Assembly (NCBI RefSeq): GCF_025526975.1
Contig: NW_026515691.1
Coordinates: 310,001 to 374,000 of the forward strand
Length of the DNA: 64,000 nucleotides
Direction of reading: 5' to 3'
Source: Fimicolochytrium jonesii
Lineage: Eukaryota
The position numbers and the translations under genes are program-made. This document shows positions 25,042 through 37,007 of this stretch, piece after piece. The notes under the pieces are model-generated. The model worked only from the letters and a program-made list of their open reading frames with translations. It did not search any database and was not told where the DNA came from. The first letter of the stretch is position 1. Each line of letters begins with the position of its first letter.

Positions 25042-25769
25042 AAATGCTTCGTTGTCACACCATCTAGAGGTCTTAATTTAACTACGGATTTGATCCCCCG
25101 GGCCCCCTATGTACATATATATGATAGCTCGCGGGACGCGGCTGTAGGAGGGATAGAGGTGGCCCCGACCGCCTTTTCTCTCTCTCCCCGGCCTTTTTGA
25201 TAGATCGCGCTGGCGGGGCGCGAGGGCTTAGGTACTTTTGTTTGTGCTTTTCGTTCCGATTTTTACTTTATTTGGAAATCATATGTGGTTTATATGCTTT
25301 TTGCAAAACCCTTTTGAGATGCGGACGGGGATATGAAATCGGGGAGTCTTGGAAAGATGGCCATGGAAGCGCCACCATTTGCCTCTGTGTTATCGTTTCG
25401 TATTTGCCAATGTGCGGGCCCCAAGTGCTCTCACATTCCCAAACGAAAACCGGGTGCGAGACTTGACGATGCTTTATACAACAAAATCATTTCTCTGTAC
25501 AGAAATAAGCAAAAAAAAACCGGCGCCCGGCAGACACAGCGGGACCATGCCGCAACGACCGACGACCACAAACGACGTGGGGTAGCGGGGGTGGGATAAA
25601 TGAACATGGGGTGGAATCGGGGGGGTTATTTACAAGAAAGTTGGGGCAGGATGTACATAAACGGCGGTGATAAATTGCCTATGGAGGGAGACCTATGTAA
25701 GGATATCACACGGTGGTGGTGGTAGTGGTGGTGATGGCGGATTGCTTCCTGTGGGAGGGATAATACCCG

Positions 25770-27386
25770 TTACGATACTGGTGGCCGCCTCTGTTCCTCC
25801 AACTGTATGACGTCCGTCCCTCGTTCCAGATCGGCTGCGGTGCCATCCGTTGTACTTGGTGAGGCGCGGCTGAATGGCCACCATCGTCGCGTTTGTCGTT
25901 GGTGTGGTCGTTCCGGTGGTGCGTTGGCCAGCGTCGCTGAGGATGACTGTCGCCTCCCCGGCTCTGAAGCTGGCGTCACCCTCGTCCCCGCCGCCGCCGC
26001 GCGGCGTGGATGCCATAGCCTCGTCAGCGCTATTGCAGTGCGGCGGCCCCCAGCCACATCCGCAGCAGCGGTATCCCCATCAGCCTGATTCGCAGGTTTA
26101 TCCTCCAACAACGAGGTGCGACACAACGGACATACAGCTGTCTGTTCCGTCAGCCACTGGTCAACACACGGCGGATGGAAGGCGTGGCCGCAGGGTTGGA
26201 GCTGCCGTACGGGCGTATCCGCGTCAAACTCGTCGAGGCAGATGGAGCATTGCGCCGAGCCTTCGTAGGTTGATCGGATGGTCGCGAAGGGTGCGATGTG
26301 GCTGCGGGCGTTAAGTGTCGCGACGTCGAGGGTGACGGGGGCCGCTGCGGCCCGTTGCTGGGATTGTGCGGTGATGTAGCGGGACGTGCGCCAACGCATC
26401 AAGGCGACGGCGGGGACGGAGAGGGCGAGGAATATGCCGAGGGAGAGTAGGGCGAACCGCCAGAAGGGGGGGAAGATGTTGTATACTAGTTCTTTGATCA
26501 CGACCCGTACGCCGATTCGCACGACGGGGCCGGATATGGGGAGGAAGTTGGGGAGGGGGGAGGGGTTGGGGAAGTTGGGTGGGAAGGGGGCGCCGGGGAT
26601 GAACGCCGTTGGGTCGTCGGGGAGGCGGAACTCGGGCTGTTGGCCTCCCGATTGAGTGCCGTTCACGAGTTGCAGAAGGGCCACCATCACAGATCCCAGA
26701 TGTTTGTCGAAGAGGTAGGCCGGCTTCACCAGTTCTGGTGGGTAGTCCGCCTGGGCGAGCGCTGCGATTTCGTCGTCACCCGTATCCCCGAAAGCGATCA
26801 ACGCAACACCCCCATTTGTGCTCATGCTAGTGAGGCTGTTTACTACCGCCGCCGTGATGTTGCAGGTCGCCGACTTTGTGACGTTCAGCAACGCTATATG
26901 GATTGCTGTGGCAGGGAGTGCCGACAGGACGGGTAGCGATGAGTTGCACCCATCGCCGTAGTCCAACAATAGGCCCTGTATCCAACGAAGAGAGTCCGGA
27001 CGTGTCAGAAAACAGTACCCGAAAAGTGCAAGCGTTTCTCATGGTGAGTAAGGCAGACTAAATCGTACCGTTATGGCATTATCCCCCAAACTAGTCGTCT
27101 TGAACTGTATTATCTGCCCACTATCTGTCTGCTTCATTCCCAGGACATTCAACAAGTTCGTAACGAGGGTTTCACCCGTAGAATTCACGGGTAAAGGGTC
27201 CAACAGCACATACTCATATGACGTTTGAGGATACACCAGCTGCGACGGCGCTGCTTTAGCAAAGATGGAAGTGGGAAACGGCGCTGTTGGAAGCAGACTC
27301 GCGAGACCGAAGAGTAATGCTAGGTGCGCGGACAAGGACTTTTGCCATGGCCCTGAGCGACATTTCGACGACGACGGGGAGAGCAT
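25770..27386 (-). CDS. Signal peptide - luminal PA-like domain - TM - RING-H2 E3 ubiquitin ligase (RNF13/Goliath/RMR-like); 2 exons
   Basis: RING-H2 CSICLDEF...PCGHAFHPPCVDQWL....CPLC; TM FALLSLGIFLALSVPAVALM; hydrophobic leader in ORF 27039..27386; GTACGA...ATACAG intron between the two ORFs. The PA-like call is weaker than the RING call. Confidence 0.85.
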
Positions 27387-29889
27387 GGCTCAGAATTTCG
27401 GGGTTGAAAGGACTCCTGGATGTTTTCTTTGATTCTCGCTCGAGTCGAAACGATCGGAGTATTGGGGTTTGACGACCTAGGGTCCCGTATATATGTTCCC
27501 GGAGCGAGTGGAAGAACTGGACGGGTATGTAAGGAAGCGCGTGTGCCTACCCGAGGATGAATTCCGTTCAGGCGAGGATGACGAAGAATAGCGTGGGCGA
27601 TGGTGGAAGCTGCAGCGCAAAAGGCTTATCGCAGGGCGCTTGCCGTGGAGCAGTTTAGGAGAGGGAGTTGCAGGCAGCGGGATGGAAGTATCCGAGGGAT
27701 GCCTACTCTGCTCTGGTAGAATATGACCTGAACTGCAAACCCTCATGCCTCACAGGAGCCTAATAGGAGGAGCAAGCAGCAAGCCACCTTTGCCAGTCCA
27801 GATTAAGAAGCGGAAGCGTGGATTCGCAGCAGTCGCTAACCTGCCCGCCAAGTTAAACCGTCCAGATGGGGGCATGGATGGATAATCAGGACCGGGAGAC
27901 GCGCCCATTTCGAAACGCCTCGCTGCTTGACCGCTCCCCCGAGTCCCCTCGCCCGCCCGCCGGCACCCTTATTGTATGTGTATGTGCTTGCTTCCCTTGC
28001 TTGTTTATTATATCTCCCCATACAACTTGAAACGACGCACTGCGAACTGTCCTGGACGTTGGTTTCGACACCTCGCGACAACAGCGTCTCCCTCCTCCTC
28101 CGGCTCCCCCTTTTGGCGTGGCCGACCTCATCCTGATTGGCAAACGAGCCGTGCAAGGTAACATCATTCGCGATTCCCGTCCTGGCTGGCCAAAGAGCTA
28201 TTCCACGCACATAGGTCCGCCACGAAAGGTCGTCCTCTTCCCGAACAGAATTGATCTCACGGACGAGGTTCCACCCGCAGGTGCCCTCCCCGTGATTCTC
28301 TGGAACAGGTGTTGCGCGCTGTAGGGCACGCTTGGGACGGTTGTGTGCAGACGGTTCCGGTCCTTGGGGTCCTAAGTGTCCGCCCCTCCGTAGGGACAGG
28401 ACTCCAGGCTCCTTCGAATGGGAGATGTTCGGGGGATTGTGGGGTAGCCCATGTCCCGCGCTGTCTCCGTCTGTGAGCACCGTGAGTAAGACACAAGTTG
28501 CGTATCTCCCGAGGGGAACACACAGGTGGGTGAGCACACAGCTCGTGCACACCACAAGTATGACGGTTTCGGGGCAGTTCAACCCGTAGCGTAATGCTCA
28601 TGGTCTTGCCCTTCTTGAATTCACACTCGCCAGTCATAACCGAAAGCCAGCAAAGCGCGTGGGACTTGGACAGTATTCCGAGGCCAGGAGCCCATCCCTC
28701 AATGGACTGAACTTTTGGGCGAACATGAATCATGATCCATCTGCAATCATTGTTGGTTTGGATTTTTGATACGAAGGGAAGGAGGCGATGAAATGTCGAA
28801 TATGGGATCTGGCTGAGACTTAACCCGGGAAATGCGATACCTGCCCGCTATTTATGCAAAAGCATTTTTTCCGATCTTTGTGACGCCTTCCAGGGCATTG
28901 GACAGAGGTGGATAGGACAAGTTGATCCGCGTCTCACTTCCGCTAGATGTCGCCGCTTGGTGGAGTGGAGGTTGAAAACTGCTCGGACTTTCGCTTCGTC
29001 GTTTCATCACTCTCGGGTTACGGGCGTTTTTCGGCTGGCTTTTTTGGGATTGAATACCATATGGAATGCACATTAGACGGAGGGACACCTCTGACCTCTT
29101 CACATTTTGATGCACCATACCTTTGAGGTGATGAACATTGACGGCTAGCAGGCAGGTTATTCGATACCGCAATCGACGATTGATTGGTTGTGGGGTTGTA
29201 AGTTGACGTTTGAAGCCCGCGGCCACCAGCCCATAAGATGATGCTTGCGCGCAGCAGGAAATGCAGTCACGCCGAGTTGAATGTGACTCCGTCTCACGCG
29301 TCGCCTTAATGGGCAATCCGCGTCATGCGGGGGCTCGAGGATGTTACGCGCCTCCCCCAAGTCCACTGCTTTCTTTTTTTTTTCTTTTTCTCGCTCTCCG
29401 TCTCGTCCGCCTGCTGCTTGTGGTATTTGAACAACGTGTGTCGTGCCGAAGTATCACCACTCAGTTTGCAGGCAGCACCGGCAGAAAACGTCTCTTCTCC
29501 TCGCAAGTGGTGTTGGCACTGGCCTGTCCTATCCACTTTCTTTGTCGCCGGTTGTGGCGGAAAACAGGTCGCAGACGATAGGAAAGACGTTTCGGTGTGG
29601 CAAGGTATGTGCGAGGGGATGGGACATGCCACAGCGCATAAATGGACTATGGATGCAGGGATCTTGCATGGGCTTTCAAGGTCCGGGAATATGGGCCGGG
29701 ACTGACAGACGTGGCCTGGGAGAAGGCAGGCAGGGATGGTGTAAGAAGTGTGGCGTCCTGTGAAGCCATCCGGGACTTTCGCCAGCTGCAACGCAGTACT
29801 CTGCCCGAACGTTCGCAATCCTTTCGATTCACTAACCAGTCGCCTTGTCCCCTCAAATACAGTTTCGAGAAGTGAACCCATTCCACAAG

Positions 29890-32800
29890 ATGATGCACAC
29901 CATCCTCAAACGTGGCGGCGCGGCAGCGTCCGCCGGCGCGCGGATAAGGGCGTCTGTCGCAACACACCCCCTGAGGGAAGCAGCACGGATAGTCGTCGCC
30001 AGCGGGAGCGCATCGCGCTCTGCATGTCGCCAGTTCCATGTCGCATCGGTCGCTCGGTACAATTATGATAAGGATATTTATGGATTCAGGACGCCGCGTG
30101 TGTTTGAGTCTCCTGATTGTGAGTTGATGTTGGATGTGGGGGAGAGATATGGAGATGTGGGGAGATATCATGTTGGCAGGTTGATCCGAGCGTAGCGTGG
30201 GTTCGGTTGGGTTTGGGGGACCGAGCGTCAGCGAGGACGACCGGATCGAACGCCGACGGCGGCGAGTGAAGGAGGCCCAGGGTTGCTTGAGGCAGGCCAG
30301 CCCCTTGCGCCAAAGGCGCAATACTCCTAGCCACGGCTCTTAGCGAGCCGCAGAGCGAAGCGAGCACCACGCGCAATACTCTCCTCAACCACCCAGCCCA
30401 ACCTCCTTCTCACCCGAGCGGGCAGGCCATCGTTCAACCATGGGGCGGGCCCAATTGACCAACCAACCATCCAACCATCCTTATTCAACACACTCATCGT
30501 CTTTCGTTGTAGTCTCCGAACAAGAACGAGGCAACCGCAATACGAATCCTAACCTGGTTCGCCTGGTCAACATGTACCGGTTACATGGCCACAGGGTCGC
30601 AAATTTAGACCCTCTCAACTTGACCCCACAAGAGAACGTATTCCAAATGGATCCTGCGCGGTACGGCATACCCGAGCTCGACAAGACTTACGACATCAGC
30701 GGCATCGTTCATGTGGGAGAGGAAGGCAACCCGGCCGCCGCACGGCGAGAGGCCAGCCTGCAACAGATTCTGGATCACCTGAAGAGTGCATACTGCGACC
30801 GCATCGGTTACGAGTTCACGCACATCCCGAACCTGAGCGAGCGGAAATGGTTCGCGCAGCTGGTCGAGTCTTATGATAAGAAGCGGCTGAAGAAGGCAGA
30901 GAAGCTCCGCATCCATGAGCTACTGGCAAAGTCGGAGGTGTTTGACCACTTTATGGCCAAGCGGTTCCCTCAAGTCAAGCGGTATGGATTGGAGGGTGCG
31001 GAGAGTATGATGATCGTACTCGATACCCTGTTCAAGGAGGCCAACGTCGCAGGCGTCCGCGACGTCGTTCTCTGCATGCCTCACCGTGGTCGTCTCAACC
31101 TGCTCACGGATCTCTTCGAGTTCAACCCCACCGCGCTGTTTTACAAAGTGAAAGGAAACGCCGAGTTCCCTGATGATATTCCCGGTTCCGGCGATGTGCT
31201 TTCCCACCTCGCAACCACCGTCGATCTGGACTACGGGCAACCAAAGGGCATCCACGTCTCCATGCTCCACAACCCATCTCACTTGGAGGCCGCCAACCCA
31301 GTCGCTCTCGGCAAAGCGCGCGCGAAGCAGATGTACATGTACGAATCCGGCCAGGAGCAGGAGTGCTACATCGGCGACCGGGTGATGTGCGTGCAGATGC
31401 ACGGCGACGCGGCCTTCTGCGGCCAGGGCGTCGTCACCGAGACCCTCGGCCTGGCCAACCTGCCCCATTTCACGGCCGGCGGGTCGGTCCACATCATCGT
31501 CAACAACCAGATCGGGTACACCACACCCGCCATGAACTCCCGCTCCTCGATTTACAGCTCGGATGTCGCAAAAATGATCAGCTGCCCCGTTATTCACGTG
31601 AACGCCGACCACCCCGAAGACGTCGCGATGGCTACCGCCATTGCGTTCGAGTACCGCAACAAGTTCCGCAAGGACGTCATCATTGATCTGATCGCGTACC
31701 GCCGTATGGGTCACAACGAGCTCGACGAGCCGGCGTTCACTCAGCCGGCAATGTACAAGAACATCCGCAGCCGCACCAGCGTGCCAAAACTGTACGAGGA
31801 GCAGCTACTCGCGGAAAATGTGATTCAAGACAAGTCTCATGTCGATAATCTGACCAAGGCCTACTTTGAGAAGCTGGATAAGCATCTGGAGGAGAGTTAC
31901 ACGTTCCAGCCTACGGCCAACACCATGGCCAGCAAATGGTCGGAGATGACCATCCCCAAGCAGGCGATCACGAAACCCAACACGGGCGTCGATCTGGAGG
32001 TTCTGGAAGAAGTGGGCCGCCAATCCGTAGAAGTGCCCAGCGGGACGACCGTCCACCCCCGTATCCAAAAGTACCACATCGACACACGCCTGAAACGCGT
32101 CAACGAAGGCGTCGGCCTCGACTGGGCGACCGCCGAAGCCCTCGCCTTTGGCTCCCTCCTCCTCGAAGGCAACCACGTGCGCATCTCAGGCCAAGACGTC
32201 GGCCGCGGCACCTTCTCCCATCGGCACGCGATGCTCGTCGACCAAAACACCGAACGCACCACCATCCCACTTAACCGCATGCAAGTGAATCACAGCCTGA
32301 CCACCAAAAAACAAGGCAAAATGGAAATCGCGAACTCCTCTCTCTCCGAATTCGCCGTCCTCGGCTTCGAATACGGCGTGTCCTGGGAGACCCCACATCG
32401 CCTGTGCATCTGGGAAGCGCAGTTCGGCGATTTCTTCAACGGCGCGCAAATCATTATCGACACTTTCATCAATTCTGGCGAGGCGAAATGGCTCCGTCAG
32501 AGCGGGCTGGTGATGCTACTGCCGCATGGATATGAGGGTGGAGGCCCCGAGCACAGTAGTTGTCGCGTGGAGCGGTTCTTGCAGCTGTGTGACCAGCCGT
32601 TTGAGGTGGCGAAGGCTGAGACGGCGGATGTGAACATGCATGTGGTGAATCCGACCACGCCCGCGCAGTATTTCCATGTGTTGCGGCGACAGGTGAGTTA
32701 ATCGTCCGTTACGATATGTGGCATCCTTCATCCGATCTTCCCCCGGGGCATACCCGGCAACATCCTAACACCCACCATTTCCCATCATACCAGCTCCACC

Positions 32801-33517
32801 GCCCCTACCGCAAACCCCTCATCGTCGCCTCCCCCAAATCCCTCCTCCGCCACCCACTTGCAACCTCGTCCCTCGCCGAGCTAGGCCCCTCAACAACCTT
32901 CCAGCCGATCCTAACCGACACGACCGTCAACCCCGCCGACGTGCGCAAGGTCCTCTTCGTCAGCGGAAAAGTGTACTACGAGCTCGTCAAGGAGCGGAAA
33001 GCCCGCGGAGCGGAGGTGGAGAAGAGTGTCGCGATCGTGAGAGTCGAGGAGCTGTGTCCGTTGCCTGTGAAGGAGATCAGGGAGGTCGTGGGCGCGTTTG
33101 AGGGGGCTACTGGTACGTACTTTTATTTGTTTTTCCGTCTTTCAACTCTGGGAATTTCCCACCCCGAAAAATGAGCCATTTTTGGGCTGATGTTTGTGTG
33201 TGTGCTTTTTTTTTTTTTTGTAACAGAATGGATGTGGGTGCAAGAAGAACCCCAAAACCAAGGCGCGTACACCTTCGTTGAGCCGAGGCTCAAGCAGCTC
33301 ATTCCCAAAGGCGCTGAGGTACGTGATACAAAATTTCTGGATTGCTTCATCCTACCCTTCATCACCGCGAGACTTTGCCCTGACCCCTTCCCCTTCTACT
33401 CTTCCTTGCATCTATAAGCTCAAGTACCACGGCCGCGCCCCCTCCGCCGCCCCCGCGACGGGAATCTCGCGCCGGTACAAGGCCGAGCAGGATGCGGTCG
33501 TCAAGGGCGCCTTTTGA
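29890..33517 (+). CDS. DHTKD1: 2-oxoadipate/2-oxoglutarate dehydrogenase E1, DHTKD1 type, mitochondrial; about 5 exons
   Basis: KRYGLEGAESM, SGDVLSHL, NPSHLEAANPV, ThDP motif GDAAFCGQG...NLPHFTAGGSVHIIVNNQIGYTT, GQDVGRGTFSHRH, WEAQFGDFFNGAQ and GPEHSSCR. GDVLSHL (OGDH has GDVKYHL), FFNGAQ and HSSCR favour DHTKD1 over Kgd1/OGDH. Confidence 0.88.
30186..30372 (+). repeat. Intronic mini-hairpin-rich element, copy A (DHTKD1 intron 1, 30119-30512)
   Basis: GCGTAGC 30190, GCGTCAGC 30225, CGCC-GAC-GGCG 30251, TTGCGCC-AAA-GGCGCAA 30305-30321, CGGCTC/GAGCCG 30334-30350 and GCGAAGC 30355. Shares TGCTTGAGG and AGCGAGCAC motifs with copy B. Confidence 0.55.
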
Positions 33518-34172
33518 GCTGGCTGCTATCACAATCATTTACCATCAGAGAAAGCCCTCAACACATTTTCCAGGACATATGGGCCCTGATCATGGACACG
33601 GAGCACGAGAGTAGGAGAGATAGGAGGCATTCAGAGAGGACCGTTTGAGGATATTGCATTTTGTAGATAAGACAACATCAGATCTTGATTTGCCTTGGGC
33701 CTTATGATCGCTTCATGTGACCGGGGGGGTCCTTGATGTGGGGTTGCGGGTAGCGAAGGCGAAGGGCCGTTTCGAGGAAACCGCAACCGATCATGGGCAA
33801 CTCAAATCGAGGACATTTTCTTTTCAAAATCTATCATTTATACAAATATACGAAGGCAAAAAGGATACCAGAAGAAGCGAAACTAGTTACAAAATGAGGT
33901 AAAGGGTACAGCAAGAAAACAGCGAATCAAAAACGGGAAATACCCCGGGATGAGGGACGAGAGTCAGCACGACATATGAGGGATGTAAATGAAAAGAGCT
34001 ACCGACAAAAGGGGAAGTCTGGGGGTACGCCATTGCGGGGAGGTGCTGCAAAGGTGTCACAGCATCTACAGGGGTTCATGGCAGGAGGTTGCGGGGTCCG
34101 TTCATGTGGGGAGGGCAAAGGCGAGTTGATGCTTCAGGGAGCGAGCGAAAAAGCACAACATGGTGCGGCCCC

Positions 34173-35672
34173 TTACGTATTCGCGCAAACCTGATATGAG
34201 GGATTGACAGCGGCCATTTTCTGGCCAACCGTGCCGAAAAAGCACTGCAATGAAGCCGTGAGTCGGGTGGCGGCGGCCGAGACGAGTTTGAGGCGGCGTG
34301 TGAGTAGGTGGGTGAATGTCGGCGCGGGGCGGGTGGATCGGGTGGAATGCGGATCTGTGGCGTCGATGGTGCTGGGTAGTATGAGGTGGGAGAGAGGTTG
34401 GTGCTCTGGGGAATATGATGGGGGTGTGGTGGGTTTGATGGTTTGGCCGGTGTCGATGTAAGGTGGTGGGTCTGATAGAGCGTAGTATGGTTTCACGTCG
34501 GGGGTTGTGGACGAGGGGATGGTGTTCGCTGCTTGTGATTCGTGTAGCCAGGGGACCAGGTTCTTGTCGTTGAATACGGATACGTCTACGGGCTGCTCGA
34601 GTGAGTGCGCATCTTCCAAATCGGTTGCGGAGACAGACGACGCATCGATGATGTCCGATGTTTCTTCCTCATCGGCGGTACTTAAAAAGGGGACACCGGA
34701 ATCCGCGTCCTCGTCATCAGCCCAATTGAAACCAGTGACCAAGAACGACATCTCCGCCTCCTCGTCTGTTGCCGCAACAGGCCTCGCAACGACATCAGGA
34801 ACGACTCGCTCATCTCTCTGGGTCACAAAAAACGTCTCCACACCCGCCACCAGCGTCTTCATCTCCTCAATCCCAACCCTCCGGTCAAATATCAGCTCCA
34901 GGACATGGGCAAACTCCTCCGTGATCCCAAACCGGCTCCGAAAGCTTCGTACGCCATGGCTCACATACTGCGCATACAGGTAGTCCCGCGCGACGGAGGG
35001 TTCGACCCACGGCGACTGGCCGATGATGAGGTTCATGAGGATGATACCCAGGGCCCAGATATCGTTCCCGACAGAATCGTACCGCTCGCCGTCGAAGCAT
35101 GCAGGGGACATGTAGCGGACGGACCCTACACCGATATCCGATGAAGTGCGGTCGGTGGTCGCAAGTCCGAAGTCGGTGAGCTTGACATCGCCTTCGTAGG
35201 TCAGGAGAATGTTTTCGGGTTTGAGGTCGCGGTGGTAGATCCCCAGTTCGTGGGAATGCTGCACGCCCGCGCAGATGCGGTCAAAGAAGAACTTGCCCTC
35301 GTCTGGTGACAGCCGGCGGGTTTCGATCAAGTCATACAGGTCGGTTTCGCATTGCTCCAGTACCAAAAATGTGCAGTCGGGGGTGTCGATGATGTCGTAT
35401 AGATGGACAATGTTCTCGTGGACCAGTTTGCGCATAAGCTGGCCCTCCCGGGCTTGGATGGCCAGGTCCTCTTGGGTGAGACCGGCCTTGAACAGGGCCT
35501 TTACGGCGTATGTTGTCGATGGGGTGCGAGAACTTGTGGCTTCGTACACGACGGCGAATGATCCGACGCCGAGGACGCTCCTGAGAACGAGATGGTCGCC
35601 GACGGATGACCCGAGCAGGTCATCCGGTGATTCGTAGGCAGAGGTGAATGCTGACGGGTCCTTCGTCGCCAT
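34173..35672 (-). CDS. Ser/Thr protein kinase, Ran1/Pat1/Sks1-like; intronless CDS
   Basis: LGVGSFAVVY, YAVKAL, YHRDLKPENILL, LTDFGLAT, GVGSVRYMSP and NDIWALGIILMNL...PW, followed by an acidic disordered tail. Confidence 0.88.
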   Translation of the reverse strand: MATKDPSAFTSAYESPDDLLGSSVGDHLVLRSVLGVGSFAVVYEATSSRTPSTTYAVKALFKAGLTQEDLAIQAREGQLMRKLVHENIVHLYDIIDTPDCTFLVLEQCETDLYDLIETRRLSPDEGKFFFDRICAGVQHSHELGIYHRDLKPENILLTYEGDVKLTDFGLATTDRTSSDIGVGSVRYMSPACFDGERYDSVGNDIWALGIILMNLIIGQSPWVEPSVARDYLYAQYVSHGVRSFRSRFGITEEFAHVLELIFDRRVGIEEMKTLVAGVETFFVTQRDERVVPDVVARPVAATDEEAEMSFLVTGFNWADDEDADSGVPFLSTADEEETSDIIDASSVSATDLEDAHSLEQPVDVSVFNDKNLVPWLHESQAANTIPSSTTPDVKPYYALSDPPPYIDTGQTIKPTTPPSYSPEHQPLSHLILPSTIDATDPHSTRSTRPAPTFTHLLTRRLKLVSAAATRLTASLQCFFGTVGQKMAAVNPSYQVCANT

Positions 35673-37007
35673 TTATATAGAATTTGATGGAGAACGAACC
35701 AGAAACAAAACTGTGGAAGGAAGGAGAAATGAGTACAGTGCGCCCATGTGCGCTGAGAGATGTACACCTTGAAGCTTACATGAATGTACAAAATAAAGGT
35801 TAAAATTACAATATGCTACAACTTGACATCCCTTCGTTTTCAAGTGGGAATAGGATGAACGCTCAGAAAGAGAGCGACATGATATCTTGGGTGAGGTATG
35901 TACAAAACTCCCGCGGTATCTGGAACGTAGAAAGGAAATCATGTGAGCTGATGTTGGCACACACGGACTGTATCGATACATGCGTCAACGATGGTGAAGT
36001 GCACATACCATAAATGACAAAAATGGACAGTGAATCACACCGTCTCGCTCGCCAAAGGGCGAGGTGATAACTGCACGGCGTCCCCTCGGATTGTACTGCA
36101 AACTCCAAGGAATCCGCACGAGGTGAAGGTCAGGGCCTTCTTCCGCGGACGGATCACTCGGGTGGAGTGCAAGCTTGAACGATGGAAGAGTCGCCAAGAG
36201 AGCTTGATAAGCTGTGCGGTATGGCGGTTGGCGGCGCTGCGTGGAGTGATGCCAGGAGGATCTTGACGCAAAAACGTCCACTAGATTCCGTGGTGTGCAC
36301 TAGACAACGACCTTGAATTGTTGTCGCCCTGCGTGCGGTGTTCCTAGCCCCTTCGTGACGGGGATCTTGCGTGATGGGACGGCGACGGGAGGAGGGCTAT
36401 GCGTTCTCCCCGTGACAGAGTGATACCAGAAGAGGATTGCTAGTTTGATAGAGCGGAAGGGAGAGAGCGGACGGTCGTCCTTTTTATGTGTGTTGTTGGC
36501 AGCTTGTTGGCAGCGACATCCGCAGCAGGGAGATTTGGGATGAGATTTGCGAAGGGTGTTGTTAGGTGTTCATGTTCAGCAATTGTGGCAGGGCAAATTA
36601 TGAATGACACATCGCCCACGCGTTGAAAGACGTCGTTTCAACCACAAGAATGACATCCGCAAACACAAAAGGAGCGCCTCGGTCAACAGCCAACATTTAT
36701 CGTATTGCGATCTGATGGGAAATAGCACAGCCAACAGAATGAAGCAGTACACATACATAGGACCCATACACCACGCCGCCTGTCCAGCGTCAAATTCGAC
36801 CTAACAAAAACGGGGTACGGAAATCGTAAGGCGGAGGTATACATCAACTCACACCCCACACAGGATACACATAGCTAATACTCCGCTATGATGTTTCTCT
36901 AAGATGATTGTTGCTTGTGCCGGTCTTGGTTCGAGTGCCTACGGAGATCGGAAAAGCGGTTTCTTTTGTTCTTTGAAGTGCGGGTTGTACGTTACTTTCT
37001 CTGTCTT

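Noticed and set aside
27836..28733. Overlapping minus-strand ORFs (248 aa and 158 aa) between the RING gene and DHTKD1
   Set aside because: No recognisable domain and no consistent splice model; could be a decayed gene but is unsupported.
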